Part shown: piece after piece, positions 32,711-46,361 of the stretch
Layout: every line of letters starts with the position of its first letter
How positions within the stretch are numbered: the stretch's first letter is position 1
Assembly: GCA_021432655.1 (NCBI GenBank)
Contig: MU271423.1
Location: 1 to 64,000, forward strand
DNA length: 64,000 bases
Direction of reading: 5' to 3'
DNA from: Atractiella rhizophila
Lineage: Eukaryota
The notes under the pieces: model-generated
The model's input: the letters and a program-made list of their open reading frames with translations, nothing else
Told to the model about the DNA's origin: nothing
Database searches by the model: none
Position numbers and translations under genes: made by a program

Positions 32711-35699
32711 TTATCGAGTTGGAGCTCCAGAGGCGGGTAACTGTGGCATATATCTAAGTGCATCTTGATAATCCGTTGGAGTCGAAGCATCTTGAGAGGA
32801 AGGTGGGAGATTGATGTTTGACCTCGAGAGCGGAACCAACCCGTTGAGGCTTTGACTTGCCATTGCATTCTCGATGACAGCTATTGGCGGGACTGAAGCT
32901 GAAGTGAGGACCGGAGTCTTGCTCCCCTTTTCCCGTTTCGACCGCATGACACCTTTCCACCGATCTTTCATCTTCTTATACAGCGTCTCTTCCGCCTCCT
33001 CGACCTCTCCGTCCGACTTGTTGAGAGCGTCACGTTCTTCGGCTAAGGCTTGGATGCACTTGCCTAACGTTCGAAGGGAATGATAGCTGGCTGATGCATC
33101 TTTCGTCGCTTGTGTAGATAGAGCGATTGACGAGAGTTGGCGGAGAGTGTAGAGTATGACGGATATCTGGTTCAGGGAGACTGGAAGGGGAAGGTCGTCG
33201 GGCAAAGCGATGATTTGTGAGATGGACGAATCCTGTGGAGACGCTCTGCCTTTTCCTTTCCCTTTGTTCTTGCCATTCGGAGCGAGTATGAAGTCTGGAG
33301 CAGAGAACGTCTCGCGGTTGCGATTCGGTGGGAGGATCCTAACTAGGAGTCGCACCACGCCAACACCTGCTTTGTCTTTTCGGAACTGAAGTACCATCGC
33401 TGCTCCTGCACGCCGTCAGGACAACAACCACAAAGACAGAGATGAGGGAGACGCACCGGTATGACCGCTTTCTTCAGCCTCAATATCCTGTTGTCCAGCA
33501 GCGAACCTGCTCTCTCCGTGCCTGCGAACTCTCTCACCCAACTTCTCAGGACATAAACAAAAGAAGCGTACCACATGAGAAACCTAAGTAAGATCGGCCA
33601 ATTATCAGCCTCGATAGCCCAAGTGCTCAAATCCGCTCCTTCTCCATCCTCTCCCTTCCTATGCGACAGCTCGAGAGTCTTCGGAAACTTCCCCTCCTGC
33701 GAAGAAGCAGGCTGCAATTCCCTCTCCTCTGTTCCCTTCCCTGTTCCCGGCCTCCCTAGACGCACGCCGGCAGCAAAGACGATGTTCATCGTGCGTTCTT
33801 CAGTATTGGGTGATCGCGAGCCTGCGCTCACGAGAGATTCGGTGCTTTCGATCGCGAGAGAAGGGGGAGGGACGGCGAGATGATTGTTGGATGAAGGTGT
33901 CGGCGTCGCAGAACGAGAGGGGACGTCGGTTTGCATGACAGTGGTCCTCTGTGACGGAGGCTCTGCGAGAGCGGAGGACGGCAGTGGCGTTTGAGCGTCG
34001 ATGGTGCGTAAGGAAGACCTTCTGGAAGTTGTGGGTTCTGTCACCTCTTCGATCGTGTACATCGAATAGTTGTCGTCTAGTTCGTCAGCCCGAGCCAGGT
34101 TTTCGTCCTCCTCCACAGGAGGAGTTAGGGCTGGCGGTTGAGAAACGGGTTTGGTAGAATCGAATGAGGGTATGAGGGACGAGATATCGAGAGACTTGAC
34201 GGGTGGTGAGCTCGTCACGTTGGGACGCATGGGCGAAGTAACCTTGCCTTTGACTGGCGAGGTTCCTGTGGAAGAAGTTGATGTTTCAGCAGGTGGGATG
34301 AGAGCGGGCTTGGTTTTGGTAGGCGATGTAATGATAGGAGATCCCGGGCGCCTGATGATTTCCCATTCATCCTTGTTGAGGCTAGAGTTCCGTCGGAGGG
34401 AGGGAGGGGAGGTCGGAGACTCGCGCATGTCTCTCTGCTTATCCGGAGGCGAATTGACGGGTGTGGTCGATATCGGTGGTGGTTTCAATGCGGGGACCTT
34501 GGGAGACTGCAATGGCGGAGGAGACGTAAGAGTGTGTCTGGAGCTTGTTGAAACCAGAGGAGGGCGAAGAGGGCGAGAACTTGTTTGGGGGGACGGAATC
34601 TTCGGAGGTATAGCAGGACGGGAAGCATCTGTTTTCCTGCTCAAAGAAGGATGCGAAAGCCGCTCCTTCCGTGCCTCCTCCTCAGCTTCTCTGATCTCCC
34701 GCTCCCTTCTCTCCTTTGCCAATTTCGCCCTGCGCACCCGCTCCTCCTCCCTACTCAACCTCAGAGCCATCTCGAACATCTCCTCCTCCTGCCGCTCCAC
34801 ATCGACGCGGTTAAAACCGTCGTCTCGCGGTGCAGCTCCAGGCGGTAGCCAGCCATGTTGTCCCCACGGTGTCGCCCACAGATGTCCGGCCTTTTCATTG
34901 CCCATTCCGAAGAGTGCTGGCGCCTCTAATAGCTCCGAATAAAAGTTGGGTTGCGCTGTCAGACCGTATATCGGCGCTTGATCGTTTTGGAGAGAAGGCG
35001 GAGGAGGAGGCGCGCGGGAGGAGAGCGAGTTTGATTCGGCCATTGCGATCTGCAAGTTGGCATCTTCTTCTTCCTGTGTGCATCAAGACAGCAGTCAGCC
35101 TTGGAACAACCCGTTTCTTTCCAATGCAGTGAACATTTAATAATTCAGCTTCTCACTGTTACTTTCAGAAAGCGTGTAGACAGCGCAAATTAAAGACACT
35201 CCATAATATTCCTTGAAGTGCTGCACATACCTCCACGCAACACAATACTATGACAACAAAAGACACATACCTTCTGACGCCTTTCCTCTTCGGCCTTCTT
35301 GCTCTCCTCTAACGCTCGCTCGAGCTCATCTCGTTCCTGCACACCCGCCGTCTTCTCCTCCCTGTCCGGCCTTTGACTCTCTCTCCTCTTCATAAACACC
35401 GACTCCTCCCACGACCCGGGAACCCAAGCGTCCTCAGCCCTCGGCCACTCGATGCCCCTCTGCTCACCAGGGCTTACTGCGGCACCCACCGTCGGCTTCA
35501 CGAATCCCAACCGCTTCAGTAGCCCTGAGACTTCCTGCTTCGAGAGCGCCACGGACCCGTCCACGGCTGATCCGGGGGTCTCGACAGCTGTATTGGTGGA
35601 CTGGCTGCTGGAGGTCGACGCCGTACGGCGATGACGGCGCTTGAAGAGGGAAGAGAAGCTGGTGTGCTCTCCTTCTGCCGCGGTTGGAGAGACGGGCAT
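32711..35699 (-). CDS. Pro/Ser-rich protein with three predicted ubiquitin-interacting motifs (UIM)
   Basis: ERDELERALEES, EEEDANLQIAMAES and EEEMFEMALRLS match the UIM pattern. Four exons join in frame; intron 1 is 35270-35074. Confidence 0.72.
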
Positions 35700-36806
35700 T
35701 CTAATTGCTAAGGCGTGTATCGCTGGCAGTGGCACTGGATGGGTGATGCTTTTCTTGAACGACTGAGATCGAGACTGGTGGAATGACGTAATAGTTACCT
35801 TCTTGCCCCAATCACAAATAGCGGCAAGCAGTGACAAACTGAATAAAAACGACGAAGCGGATCAAGCGACGATGAAGGGACGTGTGGATGAAGTGATACG
35901 TTGTACCGCTGGTTTTCAGCATGGATAGTATAATAAAGGCGCAAGGTGTGTAACCCCAGCTGGGCTACATAAATAAATAGTAAGAGTTGGCAAGAAAATC
36001 AACAACCATTGTCGCTGCTTCCATATCAACAGCCTGATGTTGTCTTTCACAAGTATTCTGTAAAACGGAACATTATGCCGGAGACATCAAACCATCGCGA
36101 TGTTCCTGCCTTGGGAAGAGAGCAATTTCGGAAATGCATTGTCTCAATGACTTCAGCATAATTTCGCAAAATCTGATTGTGACGTCCAGTGCGACTAATT
36201 GTAGTGGAAATGTAAAGCTGAATTTCAGCTGCTCGCAGCAGGCAAGCACGATGTGTCATCCTGTATCCTGCGAAAGGGTCCAATTCAATGAAGTGTGCAT
36301 GGTGGAGCCTGTATTCTAGGTGAGAGTCGATAGCTGTTCAGGTCTTTGACACTTAAAATGTCATTGCTTCTGTATTGCGCAAAGTTCTTCCAAACTTTAG
36401 AATGTATGTCCTTTTACTCTCCATGTTCTTACAAGTCATGACGATGTGCTTGAGCGAACGAAGTGGAGCTTTCAATGAAACAGTCGGACTACATCGAATG
36501 CTTGCTAAAAGTAACTGGAGCCGTTCTTCCACCGTTAAGGTGTCCTGCTACAAACCTTGACCTTCCTTCTCGCATTGGCCAACAGGATTGGTGGTTCGTT
36601 GTTGTATGTCAGACACCTGTCCAAATCATTCACGCGTCCATGCGGGAAGACCTGCACAGACGTGAACCAATTCAGTAGAGTCGTCAGTTCGGTCAACTCA
36701 TGGCAGATGAAGCTATCATGGTCATAGGTGTTCCTGTTTAAAGCACAAAAGCAGCGGATAGAGATTCCTGCAGAACAGTGTTCCTTTTACCTTCTGAGTA
36801 TCCATT

Positions 36807-38806
36807 ATGAGTCTCTCCAGGTTCTTGCCCTTCACAGAGTAGGTCATGTCCGGTATGCCCAACTCATGCTGACGGATTGTCACAGTTACCCAGTGAGAGG
36901 TACGCTAGGATTTTGAAAGCGAATGTTGCCATTCATCATTCTCCAATATCAGCAAGCTATCGAGAAAAAAGTATGTTTTCGTTGTGCAGACCATGCTACC
37001 TATTGACTCCGCTTCCTCAAAGGGCTGGCTCCTTTACTCCTCGTTGGTGCAGTAGTCGCGTAAGTCTGTCTTTGGAATATAGGAGGACCCTGATCAAACT
37101 CAAAGTTATGTCGCACTCACCATCTGGGTACCCTTCCCCTGGCCTTGAATCGTATGAATAGATGATGAATCTTGATCAGAACGTCTTTACTCAAGGCTAC
37201 AACGATATCTACACTTCTATTCTGCTTCCCACCTTTTCGCCAGACGATGGAAACACCCAGTGTAATCCAGCGCAAGTGGTTGTAGGAAGCTCTCTCTATG
37301 CAGAGCCAGAAAAGAATTTTCTTTGGACTATCAATTCGGTAAGGGAGAATGCAAGCAGTGCGGTGTATGCTGGATTTGAATACAGTGGTTCGATCTTTTT
37401 CCTCTTTCTCTCGTCCTCATTGCTCACAATCAATCGGGTTGTCATAGGTGATACTTTGGACTGTGCAATCACTTCCTTAGGCATAACTTACAATTACATG
37501 TAAGCAACCAGGTAGCCTCAACCCATGGACTGATATTAAAGTTGCGTAGGCGACAAGACCTGTGCGCTCATCAGCCATGGTTCCTTTCCTCCATAAGTGA
37601 TGATCAGGGTTTACGGCGTCTGCGCCGAGTGTTATGTTTCTGCCTCTCCGATTCTAAACCGATCCAACTCTACCATGACGAGAGCTCTAGCGAAGCAGAC
37701 CAGCACCAAGAAGACCAAGACGAAAACTATGCTGTCATTGCAACTGTGTTCTAATTTCGACAATGTGGTGACCAATCTCGCTACCTGGTCTCAGCAAACC
37801 CAGCGATCCCTTCAAAATGCCATTTACGGCTTAGGTACCCTCCTTCAGGACTTCAACTTTCCAAATGGTACTTTCAATGAGGTTAGGAAGTATACCTTGT
37901 TCGAAGGGTTTTATGCTGACTGAAAGGTAGACGAGATGGCCACCGTACGGTGGACCTGGCCCAACTGCAACAAACTTGACTGTGGAACCCAGTTCGGTCG
38001 TTCTCGCCTCCATTTGGACATCAGGAATCAGATTTTTGCCAAAGAATCTGACAGATGACGGTTTTAGAGGTAATATGGAATTCGGACCAGATCACGCCGT
38101 TTATGTCTTGGATATGGACGAAACTGTCGACTTTCTCGCAGCTTACGATCACACTGCCGATGCCGGTGCTCTGTCGGGTGAGCATTTATTCTATCTGATT
38201 CTATCTGATTCCATGAGGCTGACGGAAGTCAGGGTGCGTGCTGAAGGTGGCTGGCATTGGAGGATTAAGCATCAATGGCCCTGCCACTGCTGCTCTGCTA
38301 CCAAAGGAACCGACTTCCATATCTCAACTAAGGAATACGAGCATTGGGATCGCCTCATCGATCATGGATACGGCCATCGGAGATCTGCATGGAAAGAGTT
38401 TTGCCAACTTGTATCTTTGCACGATCAAGACAAGAGAATGGAAGAGGTGGTTGACGCTGATTGCTTTGGTCCTCGGTACTTCTTTTACTTCTGTATACTG
38501 GGAATTGTGTTGACAATAATATATATAGGGAATAACGCTGCTCTGTTCGGGACATTCTTGTTTGTAACTCGGTATCTAGCAGAGAAGTACGACGTCAGAA
38601 AATATGGTATGTCTGAAGTCTTAACAAACGTGAATCGGATGCCTCAGGCTCTCCTTTTACCAGGACCCCCAACAGTCGAGATGGATCCTACGACTTTCGC
38701 GACGACGCCAAGGATTACTAGCAAAGAGCATGCGCCATCTGCTCTTTCACCGTTGATCAGCGAGACGTCATGGGCAGAAGTCCGCAATGCTAAGATGAGT
38801 ATTTGA
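36807..38806 (+). CDS. Hypothetical membrane protein (N- and C-terminal hydrophobic segments), many small exons
   Basis: Reconstructed MSLSRFLPFTDYPVRASYREKRLAPLLLVGAVV...NVFTQGYND...QCNPAQV...IGNNAALFGTFLFVTRYLA. Internal exons are only partly resolved. Confidence 0.6.
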
Positions 38807-39163
38807 GCAAATCTCATTAAGTGGCCGCGGTGGTTCACGTGTATCACGAGGTCGTGAGGATAATGACGTCAATTCTCGTTTGGTCGTAAAGGGTTTATTA
38901 TATGTCAAATCAGGACTTAGCTTTGCTTGTTTGTGGTGGTGCGAATCAATTTTTGTGTTGACGCGTTGCCACACTCGAACGTCACCTGGTAATTTTAAAT
39001 AATGTTCGCTTAAGAATGCGCATTAACCACAGTCAGAAACATTGTTTTCATGAATAACTTATTGCATTGGTTCTACTCTATTTTATCTGTCTCCCTAGTG
39101 CAATATCCGTGAGTTCTTTAATGAATTGGTGAGATCGTGAGTGATTATGCCACGTAAGAAAAT

Positions 39164-41382
39164 CTAGGAATGGCCCAGTGCTTTGGAAATGACTTGCAAA
39201 AGAGCAACAACTTTCTCTCTAGAGGAGACAATTGTCAGCAAGTCAAAATCAACGGCAACAAAACATACTCTTCCAGACGCTGCCCAATTATCTGTAGACC
39301 AACGGGGGCGTTCTCATACACAGTGGGTTCATCTATACATCGTAAGCTCTAACACTTCATTTGTGGCATGAGAACCCACAAAGACCTTGATTGGTGGCGT
39401 CTGCTTCGTTCAGAGGTACGAAGCTGCTGTTCACCACGTCGATGCTCGAATTAGTTCGAGTGACTGGGAAAACTCCTGTCGCTAGATCCAAGAAAGGCGA
39501 GAGATTTTGATAACCGTAGGCGTAGGCAGACCCACGTTCTTTAGCAACGAAAGAAGTGGCAGGCATGATAAGACCATCGAAATGTCTGCCAGTTGAGGTG
39601 AGATTCACAGTGCTATCACAGTTTTTAGTCCTAGGGAAATTTCGAGCAGGAGTACATACGCGAGCCATTGCTCTCGATAGTAAGCAGTGTAGTCCCGAAG
39701 GTCCGCTACGAGATTCCAACTTTCATAGACAGTGGAACGGTTCTCCGGTGCAATCCAGGAGAGATAGCTGGAGATGACCGGTAGAAAGGGTTCTCCAGAC
39801 GCATTGAAAGCAGTTTGGACTAGTCATACTTTAACGTGGATCAGAAATCAATTGAAGAAAGGCTCACTATCTTGATGAGCGTCAACATGGAACACTCCTT
39901 TGGGGCTACCTCCGAAGACGGCACTCGCGTTTGCCCAATTTGGAGGAATCCAATCAATAACTTCGTGGCCCATGGCTTCTAACTTTGAGCGCACAATCTT
40001 CATCGCTCGCTGAATCGGTGGCCAAGGCTGAACGTTCCCATCTCCATTCGCCCAAGCGAACGAAAGTTTCTTTGGCAACTTTTCCTCCTCCTCACGCCAA
40101 GGAATGGGGACTAGCTGAACATCTTCTTTCCACGATCCGGTGTTGACCAGAGATGACATGACCAGCTTGATGTCCTCAGCACTGCGGCCCATCGGACCAC
40201 AAGTGGATGTCACTGTGAGGTATCTTTAATATCGCAGACGAAGATAGATTGTGAGGTCAAGACGAACCGCCCTCCTCTCCGCGAAGACTGTTGGCCATAT
40301 TTTTGTAGGTACATCGACCAACTTGGAGCTGATATCAGAAGCGGTGTGAAACAAGAAGAAGCACGTACCGCTTGGCCTGAGAGCGTACAAACCACCATTG
40401 GTGGCCGGAATACGGATCGAGCCACCGATGCTACACGTTATCTTAGAACGCCAAAATTGACTACCAAATAGAATAAACACTTACTCAGTGCCAAATCCCA
40501 AGAATGAGCCTTTGAACCCAACCAATGCACTTTCTCCTCCAGAAGATCCACCGGGAGAGAGACGGCGATTGAATGGATTTTTTGTCGCGTTAAAGATGTT
40601 GTTCTCGGATTCCCCAGCCTGAAAATGAATCACGTTTAGTGAAGGGCAGGATGTATTCCGGAGATAACAAACCATAAGAGAAGCTGGGATGTTCGTCTTA
40701 ACGTACAAGACCGCTCCAAGGCTCTCCAACGCAGTGACTCCAAGGCTGTCTTCCGTGGCAGGGTCGTTGGCGTAACTGACATAGCCGATCGTTGCGTCGA
40801 ATCCCTTGAAGCGGTATTGATCTTTGAGCGAGACAGGGAGGCCGTGAAGAGGGCCAATCGTCTTGCCAGTTTCCTTAAAGTATTGGTCGAGCTTCTTCGC
40901 CGTGGCACGACCACGCTCAAAGAGGATTTCAGTCAGGCTACCGGTAACTTTAGCTAAGAACTGCAAGAGAAGTAGAAAGAGACAAACGGGTTAAAGAGCT
41001 GATGTGCAACAACGGTCCTTTTGATCGTAGCTTCCAGGACTTCTGACGCTGTCCATTTCCCACATCCTACCATGTAAACTACGTGACTGGCAGTACTTTC
41101 CGTGATCTCGAGTTCCTTCTCTGTGAAGAAGCCAGAGGTCCGAGGGAAGGTTGATACGTCAAGAACGTCGTCTCCTGGCAACAATTCGTTGGGGACAAGA
41201 TATTCAGTCCCGATCAAAGCCTCTCGGGCTGCAACCTTTCCAGCAACTACCTCTTGCCAGGTGTTGTTTTCTGCCAGCAGACTAGGAATGAGAGTGTCGC
41301 GTCTTTCGAAACCCCAAAGCGGGTTGGCAGACACTGAGAGTATGAAGGCTGGGAGGAAGAGCGAAGAGAACATAATGGGCAT
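39164..41382 (-). CDS. Amidase-signature family enzyme (acetamidase-like) with signal peptide
   Basis: GPLHGLPVSLKD, VKTNIP, SPGGSSGGESAL, GTDIGGSIRIPA and APVGLQIIG; hydrophobic N-terminus. Confidence 0.93.
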
Positions 41383-41416
41383 GTTCCTGTTTCCAGTGCA
41401 GCTCTTCGCGTCCCCA

Positions 41417-41424
41417 TTTTATAT
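41417..41424 (-). promoter_or_regulatory. TATA-like box upstream of amidase
   Basis: ATATAAAA on the minus strand about 35 nt before the ATG. Confidence 0.5.
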
Positions 41425-42655
41425 GCGCTGGGATCTTTGCGCTGGAGACGATGTGATGATAAGCAAGATATCGGATTTCAAAACTTCGTGTGATAGTGAT
41501 AGTGATAGAGCTCGCCGAGATGGAAACAAGATGCCGAATTTTGCCATACACATCATTTTGACTCTTGGATATCTGGATACACATCGACAGGGTGGGCGAA
41601 GAACGCCGGCGCGCAGGAGGGATCTGAGAGATCTAATGCACCCGAGATTATCTATCTCCTCTCATGTATTCCCGTGCATTTGCCAATAGCATCCCCTTCT
41701 TCGCCGGATTGATTTGAAACCGTTTCTTGTTCTTTGCCAGGAAACGAGATAATCGTTGCACGGTGAGGAAGTTTAAGGCAACGCTAGCAATCCACAACTC
41801 GCGCGGGATAACTTTTTAGCGACGCTCTGAGCCCCCGTGGCAGCTCTGATAGGCGTGTGCACAATTCGACCCGGATTATTATGTTTATGGGTTATGGGCG
41901 TAAAGCTGCTCCACTCTTAACAATATACGCTTGGCACAGTTGAACAATCCAATGAAGGGAGAATAACGTGACGAGATGCAATATATTTTTCTCGATGTGT
42001 ATCACAGTAAAGTCTTGCGAAGATAAAGTGTTGCGTGTTGTGGGAAGCTGAGCGAATTACATACGGCCGTTTCAAGCATGTCCCAAACAGGCACTATATT
42101 CAACACCTCCCTCATAATTTCTCAGAATCCGCATGAGTTGGGCTTTCCATCGCTTGAACTTGAAGAAGACTCGGCGACCAGATTAGGAGCAGTAGTGAGA
42201 CGTTGACGTAAATCACGTTTATCAACAGAGCGTTAGAGCTGCATGGAGCATACGACCTGGTTGGAAGTTGACTGGCTATGGGATAATTGAGGTGCGCTTC
42301 CCCGTTTGCGAAGTATGGATGATATGCATTTTGCGTGGATGGGGCAATACTAAACCTTGAGCCAAGATATCCTGCTCAATGTCCTTGTAATGTTAAACGG
42401 TTTCGTCATGATGTCACGGACGTTGTAACAGCTTCCTCTGCTTTCCATCGGCCTCATGGTTCTTATAGATGAGATGCGGGCATGATCCCTGCTGAAAGTG
42501 AGGGTAACCTCGCTCTTAGAGGGAAGCGCAAATAGTTCAATTGCGGAGCATGTAGAGTGCAGTGGATGGAACAGGAAACATGGCGATGCGTTGCGGGTAG
42601 TGGAGTATGTACAACGGTTGTGTCGCGTAGTAGACTCTTGGTTTTGGGAAATAAG

Positions 42656-44122
42656 TTACTGTGTTTGGATCACGTTTATATAATGCGTGCAGGAGGGACG
42701 TCCTACATTCAAGAATATGAATTCTGCCAATCGATCTAGTAGAGATGAAGACACACAACACACCTTTAGGCCAATGGATTCTCCCTCTTCTCGATCGATT
42801 TCCACACTTCTCAATGTAGAGACATGAACCCGGATACCATCGAGAGATGTAGCATCGTAAGGCACAGTGCCAGTACGAAGTTTGGATGGGGGTGGTGTAG
42901 GACCACTCGTTGTGCCTCTGAATGAATGCCACTCTTCCTTTAATTTCGCTCTGACGTTCAATGTATGCACAGTCGAAAGCGTGAAAAGGGAGGGAAGGAG
43001 GTTATAGAAAGCAAGATATGCTAGGCGGTGCAGTGAGCAAAGGAGATGTGAAGCATCAGTAGAAGCTTACCTGTGTTATGTGCTTTCATAGTGACATATA
43101 GAATTGCAACAATAATAGCAGTTGCGGAGGTCAAACCCGCCTGTTCCTTTAGAAGTGAGGATTGCGGGCTGGCAGAGGGGAAGGATACGCACGGACGTGA
43201 GCGAAAGAGACAGCACTCGTCCAAGAAGCATATCCGTTCTGACATTGAAGCCATTTTGGTCTCGTCGCAGTTTGTAGCTCAAAATACCACAGATGATTAT
43301 GTCAGTTGCAGCGCTGCTGAAGAATTGGCTTGTGAAGAGGATCTCCTGCCTCTTCACAGTTGCGGTTGCCCGGTTGGATTTGGAAGCGAAAGAGGATCGA
43401 TGACTCTGTCATACCCGCAACCAGTCCTGCATCAGAACTGGGGGGCTGTAGTGAGTGCAGACTTTACACAAAAAATAAGAACGACGTGAATCCTAAAGCA
43501 AACGATGCGACGATTATAAACGCCAGCAGGATCCCAACCACAAGGTTTTTCCCACAATATCTCCAACAACGCCATGCAAAAAAGAGTTGGGCGAAAAGGG
43601 AGGAGAAGACCGGAGTTGTGGTGCCGTATTGAATGCTAGCAACAGGGATGTCCGAAAGAGCTACAACTGGTTAAAACATTATACATCATGGGATTATGGC
43701 CAACCTACCTTTCGCAGGATGATCTGCTCCGAAAATGAGAAAGTGCCAAAGCAGCTGGTTTGCAAGCGCCCAAGCGGAAAGGGACAACCCAAGAAGGATC
43801 CCCACTAGCGCTTTCAGATAGAAAGGGTCCTAGGTAAAAGTTTGTCTAGGAAGGGCAGATGAGAAAAGTGCTTACGTTCCCGTATGTAGTGAAATACTGC
43901 CAAGTGTTCCATATTACCATACCATTAAGCACTCCGCTAGCTGAAGCTGCAAAGAAGGATTGAGTCGGGTCCATGTGATTTACCACCAAGTGAGCAAAGG
44001 CATACTGCCGACAAAGAATGGCCTAATGAACGTTGATCGTGGATTGTGATAAAAGACATGAGCACCGACCCTAGTGTAACCTGTGCTCCTCCTTGAATGG
44101 ACGCGATATCTGTGAGAGACAT
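42656..44122 (-). CDS. Multi-pass integral membrane protein (DUF6534-like C-terminal region)
   Basis: Hydrophobic exons; ATDIIICGILSYKL...RTDMLLGRV...GLTSATAIIVAIL...HTLNVR resembles the basidiomycete DUF6534 family. Confidence 0.65.
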
Positions 44123-44643
44123 TTTGCTCGCGCTGTAGGTAGCATTCTAATGGGGCTCTCTTTTATGATGCCTGCTAAATCGAGTCCACAACTTGTCAAC
44201 CGGATCTGAGATCGCACTCCGGCGCTTCTCCTTACTTTTCTTTATTGATTTGAAGTCCTCTGCCTAAACTTCAGGCGCACGCACGTCAGAGAAACAATTT
44301 CGGTTGAGATTTGGGGTGATGGGAGTTATGAAACGCGATGAAGAAAAAGAAAATGAAGGAAAGAAACGGCGGCATCAATATTTGTAACGAGTAATGACGC
44401 GACGCGTCTCCTTTACAACAAGTGAGGGAAGCAAGTCTGAAGCTCCTTTCTTTCCGTCCGGAAACGTCGCCGCCAAGCTGGCCATAATGGCAGCTTCGAG
44501 TTGAGACAGGTAGATATTATGGCAGAGCCACTTCGGTCATATTAATGGGATACTTTTCTGTCTCATGAAATGTACTGATTTCACAATAATATCAATGATA
44601 AAATTAGTTAGTGTGACTGGGGGCATGGAAAGGCAAATAAGTG

Positions 44644-45980
44644 TCAGGTCTGTCCACTTTTCAGCTGATATCCTCATTGTCGACTTCAAACTCACCTCGC
44701 CAAATCCTCCGTTTGCAATTCTGGTACATGCTTACCACCAGCAGATTCTCCCATTGAGATAGACGACAACCCCAGGCTCCTGGTCTCTAGCATTTCCGTG
44801 TGACCGTAGCAACCTTGAGAGGTATTGGATGGGGTGCTTGCGTATGGAAATGGCGAGAAAGGTGATTGAATCGAATCCGCAGACGCCAACTGAGATTTCT
44901 GTTGCTTTCGCCTTTGTAGGAAGTAGAATATTCCTCCGATGAGTGCCAGTAAAGCGAGACCGCCTATCACTCCTCCTACAATAGCCCCTACTGGAGTAGA
45001 CGACGATGAAGAAGACGAAGGATGATCAGCGATCTGCCGAGCAACGTCGACGTCGAATGTCTGCTTTAAGCTTAGCAAACCTTAAGGATGCAGAACAAGC
45101 ACTGACTCCTCCAGCGTTTGCGCTCGAGTTGTGTGTGACCCAGCCTGCGTGTGGGTTGGGTCAACAGCTGTGACCTGAAGTAATAATAACACACTTGGGA
45201 GCTCTGTATCAGCAGGGACTTTGACCGGCAGCTCATATAAGGCCCCCCTGTCGTCTCCGGTGAAAGAAGCATTACATAACTGCGTGTGAGATGCGAACTG
45301 AAGATAATTTCTGAGTGTCCAGGTCGGCAAAAGGATGTGTCGAGAAACTTACTGTTGGCCAGTGAGCACCTTGCTGAAGTGTCACCTCAGCCGACAGCCT
45401 TCACACAGAACCTGTGAGACTACGCACACAGTATGCGCAAGCTGACAACAGATTATAAAGTTCCATAGTACAGCTAAACAAGAAGTCATTAGCTCGAGCG
45501 TAGACGATTGGGTGGAAGGGGAACGCACTCGCAACGATTCCAAGCATAATCACCCGGATCTCTTGACGTTGGGCTGGTGGGTAGTAAGAGATATCTACAA
45601 AGCAATAAAGAACTACCCAGGGTAGAGCTAAGACATGTTAGCTTGCGTCCATCGAAGTTTGAACATCAGACGGACCCAGTTGGGACCTGGCAAAGCCCAT
45701 AAATTGAACTGTGTGTTGGTGCAACTGCCGAAAATGGATGAAGCAACAACGCAAGGGGACTGTGCATGAAGTAGTCAGGGTCAAGAAAACTATACCAAAG
45801 GTGACTGTTCGCTGACCTGTTTCAAATCATTTTGTAACCAGTCGAATCCCTGTCCGCAGATGGCATCCGACTTGCAATGATGCTGATTAGAAAAAGTAAC
45901 TTTGGTAGTGAGGGAAGGAACAACTGCTGGGCGATAACGCTTGATACTAAAGCGAAAAGGAGGAACATGATTAGAAACAT
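44644..45980 (-). CDS. Type I single-pass cell-surface protein (Mid2-like TM segment)
   Basis: Signal peptide MFLIMFLLFALVSSVIAQ; Ser run followed by TPVGAIVGGVIGGLALLALIGGIFYFLQRRK. Confidence 0.7.
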
Positions 45981-46361
45981 CGGTGAAAAATGAATTTTGT
46001 TATGAAGCAAAGTTGAAGGAGAGATGTAGAGGTAGGAGGTGAAAGGCAAGCAGCGGTTAAGTAATGACTGGCATGGAACTAGGAAATGAACAAAATTTCC
46101 TGTTCGTCCTGCTGTCCAACACTCTGCAGCACAGGGAAATGAGCAAGACCGGTAGATATCGATAAATAGCTCATGGCGTTCTATTCGGCAGCCTACTCAA
46201 GAGGAGATAAGACAGCCAGGGTTGGCTGGCATCAAATTTCGAACGACGCCTTCAATCGGAAATGTCCGGGAAACCAAATCGATTTCAAATGTAACGATCC
46301 ATCGCATTGCCAAAAAAACATTGAATTCCACGTTTGTCTGAGCCAGTCATGCTTAATATCG

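Noticed and set aside
34151..34942. Long antisense ORFs (263 aa here; also 19248-19919, 54047-54571, 62873-63421)
   Set aside because: Shadows of real genes on the opposite strand with biased codon use; no independent motifs.
41489..41508. Short tandem repeats (GTGATA x3 here; AATG run near 9512; SPST-coding repeats near 3050)
   Set aside because: Ordinary microsatellite or low-complexity sequence; no spacer structure, not CRISPR-like.
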